Positions 1-10,400 of a DNA stretch of 64,000 nt are shown piece after piece. Below the pieces are notes generated by a model that saw only the letters and a list, made by a program, of their open reading frames with translations, searched no databases and was not told the DNA's origin. Where the stretch lies: contig URNN01000001.1 of assembly GCA_900549175.1 (NCBI GenBank), forward strand, positions 65-64,064, written 5' to 3'. Origin of the DNA: an uncultured Prevotella sp. Lineage in GTDB: Bacteria > Bacteroidota > Bacteroidia > Bacteroidales > Bacteroidaceae. The position numbers and the translations under genes were made by a program. Within the stretch, counting starts at the first letter, position 1. Every line of letters starts with the position of its first letter.

Positions 1-378
1 CTACCCTTAATCGTGTATTGAATGATAGTTGCGGATTTTAGGTATATTTATAAGGTAAATATTATAGCAATGTCCCAATATGGTATTCCTATCATTATAC
101 TTTCAAAAATTTCATTACAATACAGACTTCCTACTTATGTAAATAAGGATATATAAGATAATGTTTTATAGTATTGCTATGAACTTGAATAAATGCATAA
201 TTCAATTAAATGGCATTTTCATACGACTACAAACAACGGTTGACTTTTGATAAGAAAGTTATGAAAATGAAAGATTAAAATCAACCTTGAACATAATAAC
301 AGAAAATTAAATACAGTTGGTTGATTGTAAAAACAATTCTTTTATTTTAAAAGCTATTAGTCTACTGCTAAAAAAGAA

Positions 379-414
379 ACCCATCTTTGATTAACTAAGC
401 ATCAATGATGGGTA
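379..414 (-). terminator. Probable intrinsic terminator of the PRTase-TIR gene
   Basis: Imperfect inverted repeat ACCCATC..TTGAT/ATCAA..GATGGGT just past the stop at 427; the A-run on + gives a U-tail on -. Confidence 0.5.
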
Positions 415-426
415 ACTTACTATATC

Positions 427-3400
427 TCAGCTAAATAATTCTATTATCTTTTTAACAATTTGTGTAAATGCATTTTCTATAGATTTTCCTGTTACATTTC
501 TATAATCCTTCAACGGAACAATTTTTTCTTCTGTTTGTCCAGTTACCTCGTTCTTTACTTGTCCATATGGAAGATGTTGATATCTACTCAGTGTAATGAC
601 ATATTTCTGTTTTGAATTGTCTGGTATATTCAATAAATCAGGAATTTGACTTACAATTACACACAGAATATTTTGCCGAGGACCATTCGCCATAACAGCT
701 TGGACTTCTTGCTCAATTATATAGGAAGATGTGAAAAAATTCGCTGACAGCATATATATAATCAAATCACTGTCATTCAAATTTTTCTGAATCTGCTGTT
801 CCCAAAGACCAATCGTAATATCTTCACAACTCCAAGTATCAATAATATTAGTAAGTCCTAATAATGATAAATGTTTTTTTAACTCATTTTTATATTCAAC
901 GTCTTTTCTTGAATATGAAATAAAAATTTTTTTAGGGGTTGATTCCATAATTATTTGAAATTGAATAATATTATTATCATGTGCAACAAGATTCCACTTA
1001 AAAGTATTGTGCAATATGTATTTTTTTAGAATTGAAGAAACGTATTTCTCATTTTGTCTAGTATCAGGAACAAAGACATTAATACAATCTTCATCCTCAT
1101 TTTTAGGAAGTTCTTGATACAAATCTTCTTTTACTATATCATAAGCTTGAGTCTGTGTATTAAAATATGCTCTATAGCCATTAGGAGAAAAGAAAGGACA
1201 TAATGTAATTTTAATATGTTCTTTTAGTTCTAAACAACGAGCCAGGATTCTACAACCTAACTTCATTAATCGTTCATCATGCCATTGTCCTTTTGCTCCA
1301 AGAACATACCCACGTCCGCCTATTTTCACATCGTATACTTTAAGGAGAACTATACTTTTTTCATTCTTTTGATCTGCATATTCATCCAACTCAAAGTTAG
1401 TTAATTCCGCTTTGATAATTTGTCCAATTTTTTCTCTACGTACTCTGTCGTTAGACCCTATATTAAGATACAAAAATGATAGATACCGAACTGTCTTTCT
1501 AACTTTTCCCCATTGAGGCACTAAAGCAGAAAAATCTTTTAATGCATCTTCTGCATCTATTTTTAGTTGTTTGAGTAGTTTATTACACTTATCCACAGTA
1601 TCATGGAGCTGTTCTGTTGTTAGACCATTATATGATTGGTTTATGAAATTTGTTATAAAATCAAAATTTAATGTTTGAGAATATTGATGAGAAACTATAT
1701 ACTCCCAGTTATAGCGTATTGTCTCTATATTCTTTTCTACATAGTTCTCCCAATATTTTAAGCCATTTAATATTTTTCTTTTTTTTGAATTATTTTTTTT
1801 AATAAGATTCTGAATTTTCAAATGCCCGATAGAACATTTACTTTGAAGCTGTTCTATATTTTTATCTAAATTATCTATTAGAGCTTCTTGTTGAATGAAA
1901 TATTCTTGTAGAATGTTTTCACGTCGGATTAGTTCAAATAATATTAGATGAATGCAACTAATTAATAGTTGTATATCAATTAATAGAACTCCCATCCTTG
2001 AATTTAATTCCTGTAATTCTTTGTCTTGAGATTTCAGTAATTCTATATCTTTACACCAATAATCATTCCATCTACGAGCTGCAAATGAATTAAGATTTGA
2101 GAGCTGTTTCCCAATTCTTTCAACTAGTTTGACTCCTTCATGCAAACTGAATTTCAAGAACTTATCTTTTCCACTATTAATAGCTGTCCAAAGAATATTT
2201 TTATTCTTATCTCGCAAAGACGCCAAATTCTCAATCGTAAAATTATCATATCTTATAAATCCATTTATTTGAGTTATATAAGATTCTATCTTATCAATAA
2301 AGAATTGTAATTCTGCTCCAATAGAAGATGTATTATCATGCAAACTTAAACATGATGTCAATAGCACTAGTCCAGATGCATCTAATAAATCTGAATCTTT
2401 ACATAATTTCATAACCTCAGCAAGGTCAAGAGCATCATTAACATGTTGCTGATCTAAATCGAGTTCCACATCATTTGGAGTAAATTCATTTCTTACATAT
2501 CTATTAAACATTTTCTCAAAGAAAAGTTTATAGCCTTTTTTGTTTTCTTCGACAGCAATTAATCCAGAATCTTGTAAACGTTTTGTTGTCCAATATGCCT
2601 TTGTCTCAGAACTTAAAATAGGGTTATAGTTTACTTCTTCATATGGTCTTATTTCTGTGATAACAGACACCTGTCCATATAAATATGATCGAATTCCGAT
2701 TAATGTTTGGTACTTATTTTCTGGTGTTGATTGTTCATATTCACTAAGGAAGCCTGATTTCAGACCTATTTTTAAGAAAATAACTAATAATTTTTCGAAC
2801 CAAAATTTCGGCACTATACCATTTGCGCCTGCTATTGATTCAAAAAATTTTGCCAATAATTTATCATTAGCATCCCCCCAAATGACTTCTTCACCATGGC
2901 GAAAGCCTCGATATATATATTTGTTATTTAAACTTGTAATAGGAACTATAATACCTTTATCAATTGCATTATCCAAAAAGGTAGATAGAATAAGATTTCT
3001 ATCTGTTGCATTATTAACATTCTTAGATATATCATCTTTCAAACTATCCAGTGATATACCATCATTTAATCGACCAACAAGTTTCTTATAATTGGGATCA
3101 TTAAAAACACTTTTACCCATCTCTTTTACAATACGTCGAGCAGGTAATTCTTTTGTATAATATAATTGTAGGAATCTATCAGTTAATCTTGCTTTTATTT
3201 CAAGAGGATTTACAGGTTGAAAGATATTTGATAATTCAGAACTATGGCATAAGACATTATCATGATTTAGTACATCTAAATCTATGTTTATTTTTTGATT
3301 AAACGAGAATTTATTTACTACATCAACTATTGAAGGGGGAAAAAGCAAATATAGACTTCTCTGATTTACAATACGAGATATTTTTTTATTTAATAGTTGT

Positions 3401-4359
3401 TCGGCATATTCTGCCCACCATTTCACCAATCTTGAAGCAAAGTAGTACTGTATGAATAATAATTGAGAATTTGGTGTCGTTAATTCATTCTCTACTGAAG
3501 CATATGGTATGGTTTCACATGCACAAATTGATTTTATTAAAGGTTTTAATATACTTAAATTGATGGGGTTGAATATTACATAAGGAACAACTTTGCACAA
3601 ATATCTAGATTGCTCAATATTAATATTATCAAAAAGTTCTTTTGTAAATATCCTAAGTTTGACAAATAAGACCCTGCTAATGTCAAATCCAAGACTATTG
3701 TTAAATTGATTAAGTAATTCACGCTTAAAATTAAAACTAGCACATTCAACATTATATTTTTTCTGTAACAATGTTGCTGTATCCACAACTTTCCATTTGC
3801 TGTCTTCTATTATTTTGGAATAATGTCGTTGAGAAAGTTTTCCAATTTCATATATAGGAAAATCAATATTATATGGGCGTGGAATAATAGACAAAGCTTC
3901 AACTATTTGTCGGCAAAATCTGATACTTGAAGCATGTTCTACACACATATATGGCTGTTCGAGATAAAACTTGTTTGTATCTTGTAACATGTCATTCACA
4001 AACCAGTAATTATCTATACAAAAGGCATGTACAGAAATGTTTGCTACATTTATTTGTTTTAATCTACATATTATATTGTATATTGTTGTCCCAGAAATAA
4101 TTGTATCATCAATAATTGCCACTTTTTTCCCAAAAAGCCAGTCTGTATTATATTCAAGTATTCTATCAGACACAACTATTCCATTAAAACGGATAAAACC
4201 AAGTTCTTCTAACACAGTTAAGAAACATGCAGCTTTTCTAGCTAACAATATATATACATCGTACTCTTTTTGAGATATCTTTGTACAATACTCAATAATA
4301 TATTTTCTGACAGGTTGATCAAACTGTTCAAGAAAATTTTTTTGACTATATGTAAGCAT
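427..4359 (-). CDS. Large multidomain protein: N-terminal type I phosphoribosyltransferase-like domain, central helical/wHTH-like region, C-terminal TIR domain; probable conflict/defence protein
   Basis: PRPP-loop VAIIDDTIISGTT near the N-terminus; C-terminal KIFISYSRKD...DLIIYMLSANFFTSSYIIEQEV is TIR-like; very AT-rich. Confidence 0.8.
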   Translation of the reverse strand: MLTYSQKNFLEQFDQPVRKYIIEYCTKISQKEYDVYILLARKAACFLTVLEELGFIRFNGIVVSDRILEYNTDWLFGKKVAIIDDTIISGTTIYNIICRLKQINVANISVHAFCIDNYWFVNDMLQDTNKFYLEQPYMCVEHASSIRFCRQIVEALSIIPRPYNIDFPIYEIGKLSQRHYSKIIEDSKWKVVDTATLLQKKYNVECASFNFKRELLNQFNNSLGFDISRVLFVKLRIFTKELFDNINIEQSRYLCKVVPYVIFNPINLSILKPLIKSICACETIPYASVENELTTPNSQLLFIQYYFASRLVKWWAEYAEQLLNKKISRIVNQRSLYLLFPPSIVDVVNKFSFNQKINIDLDVLNHDNVLCHSSELSNIFQPVNPLEIKARLTDRFLQLYYTKELPARRIVKEMGKSVFNDPNYKKLVGRLNDGISLDSLKDDISKNVNNATDRNLILSTFLDNAIDKGIIVPITSLNNKYIYRGFRHGEEVIWGDANDKLLAKFFESIAGANGIVPKFWFEKLLVIFLKIGLKSGFLSEYEQSTPENKYQTLIGIRSYLYGQVSVITEIRPYEEVNYNPILSSETKAYWTTKRLQDSGLIAVEENKKGYKLFFEKMFNRYVRNEFTPNDVELDLDQQHVNDALDLAEVMKLCKDSDLLDASGLVLLTSCLSLHDNTSSIGAELQFFIDKIESYITQINGFIRYDNFTIENLASLRDKNKNILWTAINSGKDKFLKFSLHEGVKLVERIGKQLSNLNSFAARRWNDYWCKDIELLKSQDKELQELNSRMGVLLIDIQLLISCIHLILFELIRRENILQEYFIQQEALIDNLDKNIEQLQSKCSIGHLKIQNLIKKNNSKKRKILNGLKYWENYVEKNIETIRYNWEYIVSHQYSQTLNFDFITNFINQSYNGLTTEQLHDTVDKCNKLLKQLKIDAEDALKDFSALVPQWGKVRKTVRYLSFLYLNIGSNDRVRREKIGQIIKAELTNFELDEYADQKNEKSIVLLKVYDVKIGGRGYVLGAKGQWHDERLMKLGCRILARCLELKEHIKITLCPFFSPNGYRAYFNTQTQAYDIVKEDLYQELPKNEDEDCINVFVPDTRQNEKYVSSILKKYILHNTFKWNLVAHDNNIIQFQIIMESTPKKIFISYSRKDVEYKNELKKHLSLLGLTNIIDTWSCEDITIGLWEQQIQKNLNDSDLIIYMLSANFFTSSYIIEQEVQAVMANGPRQNILCVIVSQIPDLLNIPDNSKQKYVITLSRYQHLPYGQVKNEVTGQTEEKIVPLKDYRNVTGKSIENAFTQIVKKIIELFS

Positions 4360-4448
4360 ATAATTAGATGAACTTTTAATGTTGTTTTATAATAACGAAT
4401 ATTATCTGTTTTTATTGTGTATTATATTGTTAAATAGAAAACATGATG

Positions 4449-7400
4449 CTATTTAATCTTAATAATAGCTACTTTTATCTCGGATATAGTAATATGAATG
4501 TAGATTTGCAGAGGCCGTCGGTATTTGCATCTGCATACCCTATGCGACGCGGGGGCAGAACCGTAGGAGGCGAAATCGACTATCTTTGACACAATGCGCT
4601 GCGAGCCTGCATAGATATGCTTGGTATAGCAGCCGCTCTGATTAGCCATGAGATACGGGCTGACATAGAGCGAGAACTTCGCCGTGTTGGTGGAGCCGCC
4701 GGAGAACACTCCGTTGACATACACCTGGTCGCTCTCGCCGGAAGTCTTGACCGTGCGCTCGCCGTCGGCATCATACCAGTAGTTCGACACGAAGCCGTTG
4801 TCGTCCACGGCAAGCAGACGGTTCTCCTCGTCCCAGATGAGCTTGCGCTCGCCAACGCCGGTCTCGTTATGTCCATCGTTCATCAAGCGTCCGGTATTCA
4901 CATATACAAGATTTCCGTTCTTGTCGTATGTGTAAACGTGGTTGTTCTCCACATTGTTCTCTCCCGGAGTCTCCTCGGTACGGTAATTCACATCCTTGAC
5001 ACTTGCAAGCTGGAACTTCTTTCCGTCTTCCGTGCCGTAGGTATAGGTGAGGTCATATCCGACATTGAGCATGCCGTTGAACTGCACGTTGTCCTGGGTC
5101 AGATGCTGGCTCTTGGAAGTGATGCGGTGCATGTTGTCATAGCCCATGGCGAGGGTGTAGGATGCGGACTTGCTGTCTGCTCCGGTGTATGTACCCGTAG
5201 CGGAAGCGAGGCGGTACAGCCCGTCGTAGGTATAGGCGTGCGACATCTTGCCGCCGGCGTTGCCGCTGGCAGGGAGCGAGGCGTTGTTCGCCACCGAAAG
5301 GACATTGCTTACAGCGTCGAAGGTGTAGTCGTTGTCCATGATGGCCGTGCTGCCGCTGTTCACCGCGAGGTTGCTCAGGCGACGGCGGTTGTCGTAGGTG
5401 TAGAACGTCTCCGCGCCGTTGCAATACTTCAGGTAGCTGCGCTGCTCGAACTTGTCGTAGCCCAGCTTAGTGATGTAGTCGTATCCGTATGACTTCTCGC
5501 CGCGGACTTTCTCAAGCAGGCCGCCGAGGTTGTAGGAGTAAGTAACCTTCTCCTCGTCGGGATAGATCATCTCAAGGAGGCGGTTGTGGCTGTCGTAAGT
5601 CCACTGGGTGACGTAGGTGGCAATCGCCTGGTTGGGCACGATAAGCGTGCGGCGTGTCTTCGTCACCTCACCCATCTTGCCGTAGAAGTATTCGATGGCA
5701 CCCGTTCCGTCCTCGCGCATCATCAGTCGTCCGATGCGGTTGTGGGAGGCGTTGCGTCCGCCGTAGTAGTACTTCACGTTGTTTTCCGGATGGTCGGGAT
5801 AGCTGATACCCGTCAGACGGTGGTAGTCGTAGGTATAGGCAATCATCTTGCCTTCCTCCGCCATGTTCGCCGTCTGCTTGGTGAGCACGTTGCCGAGCGG
5901 ATCGTAAGTGAACGATGTCTTTCCGCTTGCCGGGTGGTTGACCTCCGTGCGGCGGTCGCCCATGTCGTAAACGGATGTCGTCACGTTGCCCTCGGTGTCC
6001 GTCACCCTCACGAGACGCTGGATGCCGTCATATTCAAAGGTGGTGGTAATCTCGCCGTCCGGGCCGCTGTGCTGGATGGACTTGAGCGTCTTTCCGCTGC
6101 CGCTGGTGACAGTGGACTGGCTGTTGCCGAGAGCGTCCGTCACCTTTGTCACGAGAGCGTTGGAACCGCTGTCAAGGGTGTATTCAGTAGTCGTCTCCGA
6201 CTCGTCAGGCAGTTTCACGCTCAACGCGCGGTCGAGCACGTCATATACCGTTACCGTCGGGGTAACATTGTCAAACGTGGTGCTGAACGATGTCTTGCTG
6301 CCCATACCCTCTGTAGTGGGATAGTAAGTCTTAGCCACACGTCCGAAAGCGTCATAGACATTGCGTCCGCTGACAATCATCACGTTCTGGTCGGATGCGC
6401 CGGAACCCTTTGCCGCCGTAGTCACGACACCGTCCTTCTTCACCTGGACAGGCCGTCCGAAACCGTCAACGAATGTCACGGTCTCAAGGTCGTCGTTCGG
6501 GTGCTGGATGTCGTAATGCTTGGTCACTGCGTATGCCGGGGCTGTTATACCCGTCTCGCTGAAACCTGCCTTCTGCTGGTATTCAAACGCGATGATGTAA
6601 GGAACACCGGTCGCCAGCTCGTTAGGACCGCGAACCTTAGTCACACGACCGATATTGTCAAGCTCCGTCTCGTAGTAGAAGTTGTTGAGGTCGCGGCGTT
6701 CCAGTGCCATACCATAGCGGTAGTCGAAGTTGCCCGCCTCGCTGCGGTAGCCCCATGCGTCGTCGATACGCTCGACATACATGTTCATCTCAGGCTCGTA
6801 GCGGTACTTGTACCACATGCGCTGTCCCGTGCCGTTTGCCGGAAGCGTCTTCTGTGTGATGTTGCCGTAGCGGTCATACTTATAGTCGGTGACTGCCGTT
6901 CCGCTGCCGAACTGCTGCGACACCTGCGTCAGATGGTTCGGGTACTTCGTGTCGTAAGTTGCCGACACGTTGTGATACATCGAGCCGTCACCGCCGACAA
7001 CGGTCACGTTCGTGGGAAGTCCGAAGATATGCCTGTCAGCATTTGAGGTGTACTGGATGTTCGTCGCATAGTCATAGCTGCCCGAGCCATTGCTGCCGAG
7101 GCTGCCCTTGTCGCTGTAGCGGTAGGACTTCAGCTCTCCGTGGTGGCCGTTGAGGTAATACTCGTTCCATGCCTCGGAGATAACCATGCCCTGCGATGTG
7201 CCCTCGTACTGCTTGTTGGCGGTATAGCGGAGGGGAACGAAAGCGGATGCACGGTCGCTGTAGATCACATCCTGCTTGGTGAAGGAGTAGCTGTCCGCAT
7301 TGGCGGTCATGCTGTATGCGTCATACTCGTTGACGGTCTCGGTGAACTTGTTGCCCGATGCGTCGGAGACGTATGAGGCCACGAGGTTGCCGGACTTGTA

Positions 7401-10400
7401 GTAGTTGTCAACGGCAAACTCCTGAACCGACTGGCGGTATATGCCGTCTCCGTTCTCGGTGTCGAGGCTCTTGGTGATGACCTTTCCGAAGCCGAGGAAG
7501 TCGCGCTCGTGGCGGTCACGGAAGCCGTCGGCGTATTCAAATGCCGTTTTCATCAGCGGGCCGTCGTCATGGATGCCGTCATCGACGGTCAGTGCCGACA
7601 TCACCCACTTGCCTCCGGGATGCCCGTAGGTCGGGGTCGAGTGCGCGTAATCCAGCTCGAAGCGTCCGCCGATGGAGTTGGTGACGGACTTCAGCATGTT
7701 GGTGCGGCCGATGGCCGAACGCTTTACGGTAAGCTCGCTCTCGCTGTCAGAGGTCACTATGTCAAGATAGCCATCGCCGTCCACATCCTGCAAGGAATAA
7801 TTTGTACGGTTGATACTGTGGCTCAACGAAACACCGGGATTTGTAGATATTTTCAGAATCGGACCAACGGGTGAAAGAGGAACAGGAATAGACACTGTAA
7901 ATGCGACATTTCCACCTTCGGATGTAGAAGCAGACTTGCTTAATGCGTTCGCACCTTGCCATACAAACGGAGTGTCGAATCCTACGCCGGTATTCAAAGC
8001 GACCATGATGCCATTGCCGGATTTCCAAACCTTGTCGGGTAATCCGTCTGAATTGACATCAGTAAGATTGTATTGTTCCTCATTCGCGGAAGTTACTATA
8101 TTATATCCTCCGGCAAAGCTACTTGAACCTTGGTTATATCCGCCACCGACATTTGCCGTATATGACTGGCTCTTGCCACCCTGTATGCGGTCAATATCCC
8201 AGTCGATAGGCTCTGTGAAGGAATAGCCCAAATTTAGCCTAACCTTATTCCCTGATATGATTTTATCAGCAAGGCCATCGCCGTTCACATCAATAAAATT
8301 CTCAATATTCCAGTCTTCGTTCGATGGTGGGATGCTGAGAGAAGCGGAAATCGACCCCTTCGCCTTATTGCTTGACTCCTGATTGGCGGAGGTGTTCTTT
8401 CCGTTGGCAATCTGTTTGATTGTCGCTACTGCAGAAAGAATCGGGTCGCTACCGAGCGCAAAGCCTTGTGCCTTACTACCGCTGCTTACAGTTCCCATAC
8501 CTTCCAGCACCTCTCCGCTGATACCACCGAGAGTATTGGTATATTGGATTTTTCCACCGGCGACAATATCAGGATAGCCATCACCGTTCAGGTCTATCAT
8601 CATGGATTTGGTCTTACTGTCACCATTGGCGTCATTGTATGTGAATATGGCACCACCCTGAACAACATTATTGTGGCTTACCATTTCCTGCGAAATTGCC
8701 GCAGCACCGGTGCCTTGCAGATGCTCACCCGTCAATCCTGCCACGTTTCCGATATTCTCAAACGGATTGGTAAGCACGACATCCTGTTCCGTCAAGCGTG
8801 CTGCGCCCATGTGGGTCGCAGTAACATATATTTCCTCGCGCTGCCCACTCCAACGGTCAATCTTATTCAAGTCTGTGCTTAATGGCGTGAACGCCATTGT
8901 CAATGGGTCAGGCTGCGCATTTTCATCTTGAGGCAAAACGAGCAAAGACTCATTGATTGGCTGTGAATAACGGTTTTCTGATGCGTTATAAACAAAACCG
9001 CCCCAGCCACGGTATAACGGTCCAAATCCAGTCTGATTATTAACCGCATAAAGGTTCGCACCGGCAGACTGGTATGTCAGAGCCGTTGGAGAACTTACCT
9101 GAACCGATACATTGGAAATGGAATTGCCCACATAGCTGTCGGCCGAGAATAATTCAAACCATATCTTATCCGTACCAATGTCAGATTTCAAAATGGCAAT
9201 GGAATCATTCGCCACAGCACCGGTAGTCACAGCAAACTTCTTCTTTCCGAGCAGTCTGTCCACAGTCTTTACCGTGAGTGTCAGCTCTCCGTTATAGAGC
9301 ATATTTGAGAATGTGACAACCGGCTTAACATATATGACGGTATCAGCCGTGCTTGAAACAAACGACGGAGCGTCTTTCAGATGATTTGCATATATGGTAT
9401 AGTCCGGGGAAACCTGTCTGTTCTGCCGAGTCCCCAAAGAATCCGTAAAAGACAGTATCGGAGACCATTTTACAGCATCCCATCGTACATTGGATTGGGC
9501 ACTTACCATAAAACGGAAGTTGGTAAGCCCATCGCTGTTGTCGAGTGTGACAGGAAGTTCGCCGTCGTGAATTTCATCCCATGCGAATGTCCTCGTAAAC
9601 ACTGTTTTCTCCAAATAAGCAGGATTATCGTTGCCATTGCCATCTTTCTTGTCGTTGAATCCGATAATACTTAATGTGATGTCATCCGTTGTCTGGGGCT
9701 TGTTGAAAGTTCCGGTAATTTCTACCGTCTCGTTTCCACCGTCTATACTTAATGATGTGGGAGCAAAGTACAATGCGCCTTCCTCCGGCTTATATACAGT
9801 TGTGGAATAGCCATTCGGCATAAATTCTTCCGTACCTGAATATGTAATGACCGGATGCCATGCCACCTCGTCAAATGCGCCGTTACTCATTTCCTCGTTA
9901 CCGGATTGAACACGGAAATAGATGCGGTCGCCCTTGTTTACAGGTACAGACTGTGCCGTAGCATTATGCGCAGTGGCATCACCTTTGGAAATTGATTGGC
10001 TCCACAGTTCGGACCCACCTTTCTGAATGGCTACCCGTACACCATCAGCCTTGTCATACGCTTCTGTATCATAATCACCGGACGGAGCAATCAGAGAAAC
10101 CGTACCGGATATGCTTACAATACCGTTTCTTGGTGCAACCCATACACGGACGGCATCTTCCATCGGAGACAATCGGATAATCTCAGCTTGTTCTTCCGGA
10201 TCAACCGCCCCGACAGAAACATCAATCTTGGTGGGGTCGTATATAATAGGACTCGGCGTATCGGCACTGCTGAGGGTGAATGTCGGAACAGCATTGCCCT
10301 GTGCGTCAAATTCTATATGATTGAAATATACTTTGCCATTTGATACCAGGTCTATCAGACCGTCACCGTTTATATCAGAAAAATAAACAGTCGTTTTTGT

